A program made the position numbers and the translations under genes. This document shows, piece by piece, positions 8,564 to 15,833 of a DNA stretch of 50,775 nt. Source of the DNA: Oscillospiraceae bacterium (GTDB taxonomy: Bacteria > Bacillota > Clostridia > Oscillospirales > Ruminococcaceae). The notes under the pieces were generated by a model that did no database searches, was not told the origin of the DNA, and saw only the letters and a list, made by a program, of their open reading frames with translations. The stretch is taken from positions 1-50,775 of the forward strand of contig JAGADP010000134.1 of NCBI GenBank assembly GCA_017828885.1, written 5' to 3'. Position 1 is the stretch's first letter. Each line of letters begins with the position of its first letter.

Positions 8564-9133
8564 ATGACATACCAAGAACTGGTGAAAAAGGTACAGACCG
8601 CACTCGTCAAGGCTGATGCCTCCAAGATCGAGGATCATATTGCTGTACAGGTCAATGTGACCGGCGAGGCTGAAGGCGCATTCTATATGGAGATCGCCGA
8701 TCGCGTTCTCTACGTGGAGCCCTATGACTATAATGACCGCGACACTCTGCTGACGGCAGACGGTGCTGTTGTTCTGGCGATCGCACAGAGCAAGACCACT
8801 CTTGATGCTGCTGTGGCTGAGGGCAAGGCTTTTGTGGACGGCGACTATGACAAGCTCGCTGCTCTGGTTTCCACTTTCCCTGTAAAGAAGGCTGCCGCAA
8901 CCAAGGCTGCTGCCAAGAAGGCTGTTGCTGAGGCTGGTGAGAAGGTAGAGGCTAAGGTAGAGAAGGCTAAGAAGACTGCTGCTACCAAGAAGGCTGCTAC
9001 CAAGAAGGCTGTTGCTGAGACTGCTGAGAAGGTAAAGAAGGCTGCCACCAAGAAGACCACCAAGGCTGCTGATGACACCGCTGAGAAGCCGAAGAGAACC
9101 AGAAAGACTACCACCAAGAAGGACGAGAAGTAA
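8564..9133 (+). CDS. SCP2 (sterol-carrier-like) domain protein with a Lys/Ala-rich histone-H1-like C-terminal tail
   Basis: The N-terminal ~105 aa (…IAVQVNVTGEAEGAFYMEI…GKAFVDGDYDKLAAL) look like an SCP2 fold. The C-terminal ~85 aa are KKAA(A/T)KK-type repeats. Confidence 0.8.
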   Translation: MTYQELVKKVQTALVKADASKIEDHIAVQVNVTGEAEGAFYMEIADRVLYVEPYDYNDRDTLLTADGAVVLAIAQSKTTLDAAVAEGKAFVDGDYDKLAALVSTFPVKKAAATKAAAKKAVAEAGEKVEAKVEKAKKTAATKKAATKKAVAETAEKVKKAATKKTTKAADDTAEKPKRTRKTTTKKDEK

Positions 9134-9154
9134 GTCCTGGATGCTTCAACGATC

Positions 9155-9188
9155 AAAGACCTCTGCACTTTGTGCGGAGGTCTTTTTG
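9155..9188 (+). terminator. intrinsic terminator
   Basis: AAAGACCTC (9155-9163) / GAGGTCTTT (9177-9185) followed by TTTTGCG. Confidence 0.7.
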
Positions 9189-9218
9189 CGTCCGGGACGG
9201 CTGTGAGATCCTTCAACA

Positions 9219-9273
9219 TGTGGAAAACGGCCTTGCTTTTCCATGTTGAAAATGTGGAAAACATTGTGGAAAG
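9219..9273. promoter_or_regulatory. cluster of DnaA-box-like 9-mers
   Basis: TGTGGAAAA at 9219-9227 and 9253-9261, TGTGGAAAG at 9265-9273, TGTTGAAAA at 9244-9252. The rc TTTTCCACA is a 1-mismatch variant of the DnaA box TTATCCACA. All are in the same orientation. Confidence 0.45.
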
Positions 9274-9275
9274 TC

Positions 9276-9355
9276 TGAAAAAGCTGAAAAGCGCACAACT
9301 TTTCGTCGCGCGCTTTTCAACAAAAAATAAGAGAAAGAGGTTAGAAATCATTTCT
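9276..9355 (-). ncRNA. candidate small RNA (~80 nt) with a CU-rich stretch, family unknown
   Basis: Lies downstream of the minus-strand promoter at 9362-9390. Hairpin TTAGAAAT/ATTTCTAA, then CCUCUUUCUCUU. Hairpin GAAAAGCGC (9286-9294) / GCGCTTTTC (9310-9318) is followed on the minus strand by AGCUUUUUC. No credible ORF. Confidence 0.3.
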
Positions 9356-9361
9356 AATCTT

Positions 9362-9390
9362 ATTATACCAAATCTGTTTGTAGAATACAA
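9362..9390 (-). promoter_or_regulatory. orphan minus-strand promoter
   Basis: The minus strand reads TTGTAT (rc of 9385-9390), 17 nt, TGgTATAAT (TATAAT is the rc of 9362-9367). Confidence 0.45.
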
Positions 9391-9499
9391 GAGGTTTTAG
9401 AAAAAATGTCAACTTTGTATACTTGCACAATCGCCAACTGTTGGGGTTGTGCATCCTGCTGGAATTTTAAGGGCAGGAGGCAAAAAAGACCGGAGAGAC

Positions 9500-9528
9500 T
9501 TGCTTTTTTTTATGACGTGTGGTATAAT
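9500..9528 (+). promoter_or_regulatory. promoter of the SRP RNA gene
   Basis: TTGCTT (9500-9505), 17 nt, TGgTATAAT (TATAAT at 9523-9528). Confidence 0.6.
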
Positions 9529-9535
9529 AGTTGTG

Positions 9536-9692
9536 TTCATCATGCAGGATGCATGAATTCGGAATATAGGTGTGCGGGCCCTGTGCAATGAAGCACTGTG
9601 AACCATGTCAGGCGGGGAACCGAGCAGCATTAAGCGGATCGTTTCATGTGCCGCAGCAAGCCTGCACACCTATGTTCCGAAATCTTTTTGTG
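9536..9692 (+). ncRNA. ffs: signal recognition particle RNA (4.5S/scRNA)
   Basis: Conserved domain IV: GUCAGG-CGG-GGAA-CCG-AGCAGC, with the GGAA tetraloop at 9616-9619. The stretch CCTGTGCAATG..GAACCATGTCAGG..AGCAGCATTAAG..CATGTGCCGCAG is collinear with Bacillus scRNA as I remember it. The closing helix 9561-9579 pairs with 9660-9678 and is followed by CTTTTT. It sits upstream of dnaX-ybaB-recR, as scr does in Bacillus. The ends are approximate. Confidence 0.8.
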
Positions 9693-9734
9693 GGCATCCC
9701 GGCGGAGGTGACGACGTTGGAGGAGATCGAACGG

Positions 9735-10319
9735 ATGACCGCGCAGCAGGCTGCCGATGCGGCGTCGCTCATGAGTGGCACGGTGCACGCACCGTTGCTT
9801 GTGCGCGTCAAGGCAGTGGCGGGACTGACGGTCTCGCTGGTGCTGATGATCATAGTGCTGTGGAAAAGCCCCTTCGGGATGCTGTACAGCATTGTGGCAT
9901 GTCTGATGCTGGCAGTGTTTGTGTTCGGTTTTGCAAGGCGGACGTTCACAAGCATCTGGAATTCCGTCCGCTATGACGGCTATACGGGGGAGATCATCTG
10001 CCGCAGAGCCTTCCGCAAGGACTGGGTCTTCTATGCGTCGCAGATCGAGGAGATCGAACGCAGATCCGACCAGTTTGGAGAGAATGAAGTCCGCTGGCAG
10101 TACTCTGTGAAACGATCCACACCGGTCGTGACCTTTGCGCATTTTGAAGACAGCGTGCAGCTGCATGTGGACGGACAGATCCTCAGTGTCATGCTGCGCA
10201 GGACTTCCATGGGACGTGGTTCCTCCCGCAGCTATGAGGGCGGCGATGTCGGGATCGAGGAGTTTGATCGTTATCTCCGGCTGCTTGAGCGGAGTATGCG
10301 CCCGGATCCTGAATTCTGA
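9735..10319 (+). CDS. small membrane protein of unknown function
   Basis: ORF 9570..10319, but the first 55 codons overlap the SRP RNA. ATG 9735 follows GGAGGAG. Two hydrophobic helices are followed by a ~120-aa soluble part. Confidence 0.6.
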   Translation: MTAQQAADAASLMSGTVHAPLLVRVKAVAGLTVSLVLMIIVLWKSPFGMLYSIVACLMLAVFVFGFARRTFTSIWNSVRYDGYTGEIICRRAFRKDWVFYASQIEEIERRSDQFGENEVRWQYSVKRSTPVVTFAHFEDSVQLHVDGQILSVMLRRTSMGRGSSRSYEGGDVGIEEFDRYLRLLERSMRPDPEF

Positions 10320-10367
10320 TCCCACTGATTCTAATAACTATCTTCTGATTTCTAAGGGGGGAAGCAC

Positions 10368-11936
10368 ATGTATCAGGCGTTGTACCGCAAATGGCGGCCG
10401 ATGACCTTTGCGGATGTGCTGTCCCAGCCACAGGTGACGACCACGCTCCAGAACCAGATCCGGCAGGGCACCACGGCACATGCCTATCTGTTCACCGGGT
10501 CAAGAGGCACCGGCAAGACCACCTGCGCACGTATTTTAGCAAAGGCGGTCAACTGCGAGCATCCGAGACCGGACGGGAATCCGTGCCTGGAATGCGCCAT
10601 CTGCCGCGATGCCGAGGCGGGCGTGCTGAGCGATCTGGTCGAGATCGACGCGGCCTCCAACAACAGCGTGGAGGACATCCGTGACCTGCGGGACGGCGCC
10701 GTGTATACACCGGAGCGCTGCAAGTTCAAAGTCTATATCATCGACGAGGTACACATGCTCTCGGTCAGCGCCTTCAATGCGCTGCTCAAGATCATGGAGG
10801 AACCTCCGGCCTATGTCAAATTCATCCTGGCGACGACCGAGATCCACAAGGTCCCGGCGACGATTATTTCCCGCTGTCAGCGGTATGATTTCCGCCGTAT
10901 CCGGCAGGAGGATCTTGTCGCAAGGCTCGAATATATCGCGGGTGAGGAGAATATCTCACTGGAGCACGACGCTGCCGAGCTGATGGCGCGGCTGTCGGAC
11001 GGCGGTATGCGTGATGCGATCTCGCTGCTCGACCGGTGTGCTGCCTACGGGGAGACCATCACCGCACAGCTCACTGCCGAGGCGGCAGGTGCGGCAGGAC
11101 GTGAGTACCTGCTGCGGCTCATGGAGGCACTGCATACCAAGGACACGGCGGCGGCGCTCAGCATTGTGGCTGAGCTGCACGATGCGTCCAAGGATTTAGC
11201 AAGGCTCTGTGAGGAGCTGATCCTCATGCTGCGGGATGTGATGCTGCTGAAAGCCACCGGAGACGGGAAATTGGCGCACTGCATGGCGGACGAGCTCCCG
11301 GCGCTGCAAAAGATCGCCGCGGAGACCGATATGGAGCGCATCATGGGCGTTCTGGATCTGCTGCAAAGCTGCCGCGAGCGCATGGGACGTGCAGTCAACC
11401 GGCGCGTGGAGCTCGAGATGACACTCATCCGGGCGACGCAGGAAGCGACCCAGTCGAGCGCCGATGTACAGGCACTGACGGAGCGCATTGCACAGCTTGA
11501 AAGCCGGCCGGCTGCGGCTATACCGACACCGGGCTATAATCCCGAGCTGACGAAGCCGAGACCTTCCCCGGCACCGGAGCCCACACCGGAAGTGGACATC
11601 AAGAAGCTGAAAATGGAGGACTTCAAGCCCGTTGCCGAGTGGCCGGAGATCCTCGAGGAGTGCGGAAAGCTCAATCCGGCAGTGCTCGGAACGCTCGACG
11701 GCTCCAAGGCTGTGGCGTATGCCAATGTCATGCTCATCACAGCGGAGAATGCCTTCTTCCTGACGATGTTCAAGGACAAGGAAAATGCCAGAACACTCGG
11801 CGATGCCATCCAGCATGTCATGGGCAAGCGCTATGCGATCCGTGCCCGCTGCTCGCAGGCGGCCGCACAGCCAAGGCCGATCGAGGACATGCTCAAACAA
11901 GCCAAGAACAGCGGTATCCCAACCACCGCTGTCTGA
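10368..11936 (+). CDS. dnaX: DNA polymerase III subunit gamma/tau
   Basis: Walker A GSRGTGKTT, DEVHML, a zinc module CEHPRPDGNPCLECAIC, and the SRCQ sensor motif. Confidence 0.95.
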   Translation: MYQALYRKWRPMTFADVLSQPQVTTTLQNQIRQGTTAHAYLFTGSRGTGKTTCARILAKAVNCEHPRPDGNPCLECAICRDAEAGVLSDLVEIDAASNNSVEDIRDLRDGAVYTPERCKFKVYIIDEVHMLSVSAFNALLKIMEEPPAYVKFILATTEIHKVPATIISRCQRYDFRRIRQEDLVARLEYIAGEENISLEHDAAELMARLSDGGMRDAISLLDRCAAYGETITAQLTAEAAGAAGREYLLRLMEALHTKDTAAALSIVAELHDASKDLARLCEELILMLRDVMLLKATGDGKLAHCMADELPALQKIAAETDMERIMGVLDLLQSCRERMGRAVNRRVELEMTLIRATQEATQSSADVQALTERIAQLESRPAAAIPTPGYNPELTKPRPSPAPEPTPEVDIKKLKMEDFKPVAEWPEILEECGKLNPAVLGTLDGSKAVAYANVMLITAENAFFLTMFKDKENARTLGDAIQHVMGKRYAIRARCSQAAAQPRPIEDMLKQAKNSGIPTTAV

Positions 11937-12000
11937 TAGGTCGGGGGGTATGACCCTTTGACCAGTTTAAAAAAGCAAAATCATACAAAGGAGAACCATT

Positions 12001-12348
12001 ATGAAAGCAAGAGTACCGAAGGGCGCAGGTAATAATGCCCAGAACATGAACCAGATGATCCGTCAGGCACAGAAGATGCAGGATCAGATCACCGATCTGC
12101 AGGATGATATCGAGGCTCGTGAGTTCACCACGACCGCTGGCGGCGGCGCTGTGGAGCTGGTCATGACCGGCAAGAAGACCATCAAGTCCCTCACCATCAA
12201 GCCCGAGGTCGTTGATCCGGAGGACATCGAGATGCTCCAGGATCTCATCATCAGCGCAGTCAACGAGGCTGTGACCCAGATCGAGACCACCACTGAGGAC
12301 GAGATGAGCAAGATCACCGGCGGTGTTTCCCTGCCGGGTCTGTTCTAA
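12001..12348 (+). CDS. ybaB: nucleoid-associated protein YbaB/EbfC
   Basis: 115 aa in the conserved position between dnaX and recR. Typical MMRQAQKMQ-type N-terminus (here MIRQAQKMQDQ). Confidence 0.93.
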   Translation: MKARVPKGAGNNAQNMNQMIRQAQKMQDQITDLQDDIEAREFTTTAGGGAVELVMTGKKTIKSLTIKPEVVDPEDIEMLQDLIISAVNEAVTQIETTTEDEMSKITGGVSLPGLF

Positions 12349-12950
12349 TGGCGAACCACGACGCATTACCGCTTGTCGTATTGACGGAACAGTTTGCAAA
12401 GCTGCCGGGTATCGGAATGAAGTCCGCTGCCCGGCTTGCTTATCATGTGATGTCGATGGACGGCGAGGAGGTGGAGGCATTTGCCGAGGCGCTGCTCAAC
12501 GCGAAGAAGACGGTGCATTACTGCAAATGCTGCGAGAATCTGACCGATCAGGAGCTCTGCCCGATCTGTGAGGATCCGTCCCGGGATACATCCGTGATCT
12601 GCGTGGTGGAGACCCCGAAGGACATCACGGCGTTTGAGCGCACGGGCGAGTACAAGGGACTGTATCATGTGCTGCACGGCCTGATCTCGCCGCTGCGGGG
12701 CGTGATGCCGGACGATCTGCGGATCCGTTCGCTGCTGGCCAGAGTGCAGGCAGGCAGCGTCTCCGAGGTCATCATGGCGACCAATCCCACCGTCGAGGGC
12801 GATGCGACCGCGGCTTATGTGGCGCAGCTCATCAGTCCGCTCGGCGTAAAGGTGACGCGGCTCGCCTTTGGTCTGCCGGTCGGCGGTATGCTCGAATATG
12901 CCGATGAAGTGACGCTCTATAAGGCATTAGAGAATCGGAATATTATGTAA
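12348..12950 (+). CDS. recR: recombination protein RecR
   Basis: 200 aa. HhH N-terminus (LPGIGMKSAARLA), Cys4 finger CKCCENLTDQELCPIC, Toprim VVETPKD. Its ATG overlaps the ybaB stop codon. Confidence 0.95.
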   Translation: MANHDALPLVVLTEQFAKLPGIGMKSAARLAYHVMSMDGEEVEAFAEALLNAKKTVHYCKCCENLTDQELCPICEDPSRDTSVICVVETPKDITAFERTGEYKGLYHVLHGLISPLRGVMPDDLRIRSLLARVQAGSVSEVIMATNPTVEGDATAAYVAQLISPLGVKVTRLAFGLPVGGMLEYADEVTLYKALENRNIM

Positions 12951-13033
12951 TTCAGCTCTGATCTGTTTGTGGGGTCGAGGGGCAATGCCCCCCGTCGCTT
13001 GCCGCAGCGAGCGAAATCCTCTACGGCATCTCA

Positions 13034-13066
13034 AGCCCTCTCCCGTTTCGGGAGGGGGCTTTTTTG
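13034..13066 (+). terminator. intrinsic terminator after recR
   Basis: AGCCCTCTCCC (13034-13044) / GGGAGGGGGCT (13050-13060) followed by TTTTTT. Confidence 0.8.
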
Positions 13067-13288
13067 CGTATTGTTGCGTAATCTGTCCTCATGGGTTAGG
13101 CTATGGTGATATTCTCTAAAATCATCGTAAGATTTTCTACATGCAGAATTGGCCAAAGACCGTGTTGTTCATAGATAGTTCACAAATTAGAGACAGTTTT
13201 GTGATATAATAGAATGCGTAAAGTTTCACAGTTCTTCCGTAACTGTGCCAAAAATTTTATATGCATTGATAGAAAGGAAGTTGTTGGC

Positions 13289-15250
13289 ATGTTTTCTAAG
13301 TCTACCAAGAACCGGATCTGTGCAGCGGCCGTTGGCGCTCTGATGTGTGTTTCCCTGACGGGAGTCGTTGCTGTACCGATGATGACGATGGCACCGATCA
13401 CCGCTTCTGCGGCGGCGACCAAGATCGGCGTGACCCTCGAGGAGCGTCCGGAGGATGCCGCTGAAAGCGACAAGACCGGCGTTTACAGAGGCAAGACCTG
13501 CGCGCTGGCTTCGAGCGGCATCAAGACCATCACCTTTACGTGTATTCCTGAGAATTCCGGCAGCTTCGTATGGGGCTTCGGCATCAACCTCGACAAGGAT
13601 CCCTGGTGGAAGGACGGCTTTGAGGGCAAGGTAGCCAAGGTCACCGCCGGCGAGGAGTTCACCGTCACGGTCGATGTGTCCAAGATCAGCCTCGGCTATA
13701 ATCCGGTCAGCTCCGAGTGGGCTTCCGAGTATGAATTCCGCAACTACTACTGCAACGGCGGCACGGTCAAGGTCGTTTCTGCTGAGGCCAATGCCAAGGT
13801 GACCGAGCCGACGGAGGAGCCGACAGAGGCCACAGAAGAGCCGACGGATAAGCCCAGCAAGCCTTCCGGCAACGGCGGCTGGACCTTCACCGATAACGGC
13901 GACGGCACCGGTACGATGACCGCAGCGCAGTTCCGCAAGCTTGATTTCTATGACGAGCCCTATGTTCTGACCAAGGGCTATGATGAGGACTACTATGCCA
14001 AGGAAGGCATCAAGTGGACCGAGGGCGAGGATCCGATCAACAGCCACAAGTTCTCTTATTCCAAGTTCGGCCTGAGCGGCATCGGCCCGGAGGGCGGCAT
14101 CACCATCGACTCTCTGCGTGCGACCATCCAGAGCGACGTGGCGGTCAAGACCTTCATGTACGGCGGCGGTATGAACGTTGTCAGCAAGTCCCCGGCAGAT
14201 ACCGAGGCGGCAAAGTCTGCGGCAGGTAAGGCCACAACGGAAGATGCCGGCTACTGGTACAACGATATGGGCGAAGAGGTGCTCGAAGAGCTCACCGATG
14301 ACGGCGTAGAGTTCGGCATTGAGCCGGGTACCGGTGTGACCCTCAAGAGCAGCGGCAAGACAACGCTCGGAAAGTATTTCCATGCGCTCTGGGAAGTGCC
14401 CGAGGGCGTCAAGCCGTATGAGACCGGCGGCGATCTGTCGTTCCAGTTCTGGTACGGCGAGGAGGATGCCGAGGAGTATACCGAGCTCGAGAGCGTAGAA
14501 CTCGTGTCCGGTCTGATCGGCTATACCGAGACAAAGACCTTCGACTATACCGACGTTGTCAGCTATGATGTTGGCACTTCCATCAAGCTGGAGGGCAGTT
14601 GCAAGGTCAAGTTCAAGGACACCGATCTCCCGCTTGAGGCAGGCACCGAGACCAATGTCCATGCAGTCGTTTTCCATGTGGATCCGGGTAACGAGATGGA
14701 TCAGCTTGTATACGGTGTCGGCGCATCTGTCGGCGATGGCTTCAAGATGTGGTCTGATACAGAGAACGGCGATAAGTGGAACTATGCTGTAGTGGATCAG
14801 CCTGACGGCACCATCGACATCGTCTGGATGGTACCGGCCGGCGTGGATCTGAACGAGGAATACGGCGAGATCATGTTCGGCTACTGGTACGGCGATGTAG
14901 AGGGCGATGAGATCAACAGCATCACGCTCGATTCCATCGACATCTACTATGATGCCAAGGAAGCTCCGACCGAGGAGCCGACCGAAGAGCCCACGGAGGA
15001 ACCTACCGTGAAGCCCACGGAAGAGCCGACTGAGGAAGATGTCAAGGTCACCAAGTACGGCGACGTGGATGTTGATGGCGATGTGGACATCGTGGACGTT
15101 ATTACCCTGAACAAGAACCTGATGGTCGGTGAGAAGATCACCGCACAGGGCAAGGCAAACGCCGACGTGGACAACAACAAGGATATTAACGAAGTGGATT
15201 CGCTCAACATCCTGAAGTTTGTGGTTGAGCTGATCGATCTTCCTGTCTGA
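13289..15250 (+). CDS. secreted multi-module protein with C-terminal dockerin
   Basis: ORF 13214..15250. Start moved to ATG 13289 after GAAAGGAAG. Signal peptide. Three unknown beta-rich modules are separated by (E/T)EPT linkers. The C-terminal dockerin is GDVDVDGDVDIVD..ADVDNNKDINEVD. Confidence 0.85.
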   Translation: MFSKSTKNRICAAAVGALMCVSLTGVVAVPMMTMAPITASAAATKIGVTLEERPEDAAESDKTGVYRGKTCALASSGIKTITFTCIPENSGSFVWGFGINLDKDPWWKDGFEGKVAKVTAGEEFTVTVDVSKISLGYNPVSSEWASEYEFRNYYCNGGTVKVVSAEANAKVTEPTEEPTEATEEPTDKPSKPSGNGGWTFTDNGDGTGTMTAAQFRKLDFYDEPYVLTKGYDEDYYAKEGIKWTEGEDPINSHKFSYSKFGLSGIGPEGGITIDSLRATIQSDVAVKTFMYGGGMNVVSKSPADTEAAKSAAGKATTEDAGYWYNDMGEEVLEELTDDGVEFGIEPGTGVTLKSSGKTTLGKYFHALWEVPEGVKPYETGGDLSFQFWYGEEDAEEYTELESVELVSGLIGYTETKTFDYTDVVSYDVGTSIKLEGSCKVKFKDTDLPLEAGTETNVHAVVFHVDPGNEMDQLVYGVGASVGDGFKMWSDTENGDKWNYAVVDQPDGTIDIVWMVPAGVDLNEEYGEIMFGYWYGDVEGDEINSITLDSIDIYYDAKEAPTEEPTEEPTEEPTVKPTEEPTEEDVKVTKYGDVDVDGDVDIVDVITLNKNLMVGEKITAQGKANADVDNNKDINEVDSLNILKFVVELIDLPV

Positions 15251-15276
15251 TCCGTTTATACGATAACCATACAAAC

Positions 15277-15313
15277 ATCCCCCTGGCATGTCAGATGCCA
15301 GGGGGATCGTTTA
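15277..15313. terminator. bidirectional terminator between convergent genes
   Basis: 13-bp stem ATCCCCCTGGCAT (15277-15289) / ATGCCAGGGGGAT (15295-15307), with T-rich flanks on both strands. Confidence 0.7.
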
Positions 15314-15323
15314 TGTTGTGATG

Positions 15324-15818
15324 TTATTGGGGATCGTCCTGCAAGGGCGAATATTCGTCGGTGATGAGACCACCGTAGTACTTGAATTTCAGCAGCACAC
15401 CCTTCTTGTAGGTGAGGGCGCCCTCCTGGTTGAAGGGTACCTCCTTGAAGGTCGCACGGGAGGTCACAAGGCGGATGGTCTCGCCCTTCCGCGTCTGAAA
15501 GACCAGCTCGAAATATTCATCAAAGATCTTGGAATGGCCGGTGCTGTCTACCACACGGCGCCGCTCGTCGATCTTCTGCTGTAAGATCGCCATTTCGGTG
15601 ATGGCCTGATTGGCATTGCGGCGGGTCGTATTCTTTCCGCCGGTGCGCGGTGCCCGGGATCTGCCTTTCTTCTCGGTCGGATCGGGACGGAACGGCGTTT
15701 CCTCGATCTCCTCCACAAAGAAGCCGAAGATCCTGCGCCGGGTCTTTTTGCCGCCAAAGATCACGACCAGAAGCAAGATCAGAAAGACCGCTCCTAAAAT
15801 GATAAAGAAGTTCTTCAT
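15324..15818 (-). CDS. membrane-anchored protein, DUF2500-like
   Basis: N-terminal TM FFIILGAVFLILLLVVIFGG, a basic linker, and a C-terminal beta-rich domain (ELVFQTRKGETIRL..GALTYKKGVLLKF). 16 nt downstream of galE. Confidence 0.65.
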   Translation of the reverse strand: MKNFFIILGAVFLILLLVVIFGGKKTRRRIFGFFVEEIEETPFRPDPTEKKGRSRAPRTGGKNTTRRNANQAITEMAILQQKIDERRRVVDSTGHSKIFDEYFELVFQTRKGETIRLVTSRATFKEVPFNQEGALTYKKGVLLKFKYYGGLITDEYSPLQDDPQ

Positions 15819-15833
15819 CGTCTTCTCCCGTAA

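Noticed and set aside
8845-9390. 181-aa minus-strand ORF spanning the 9190-9390 gap.
   Set aside because: Most of it is the reverse translation of the Lys/Ala repeat tail (a poly-Phe/Leu/Ala artefact). There is no RBS, and the region is better explained by terminators, DnaA boxes and an orphan promoter.
9190-9500. The possibility that the DnaA-box cluster plus AT-rich DNA is the replication origin.
   Set aside because: No dnaA or dnaN is nearby, there are only 3-4 boxes, and there is no clear 13-mer/DUE-type repeated AT element. A secondary DnaA-box cluster or regulatory site is more defensible without whole-genome GC-skew data.
10368-11936. Programmed -1 frameshift site in dnaX (A AAA AAG type), as in E. 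coli.
   Set aside because: I found no A AAA AAG heptamer or comparable slippery run inside the gene when reading it. A single full-length product is assumed.
12955-13033. A segment after recR (GGGGTCGAGGGGCAATGCCCCCCGTCGCTTGCCGCAGCGAGCGAAATCC) that looks like a possible degenerate copy of the R2 repeat.
   Set aside because: It shares only short words (GGGGCAATGC, CGCAGCGA) with R2, at different spacing. There is no AGC-loop hairpin and no second copy in the window. It may belong to another repeat family, but that cannot be supported from this window.
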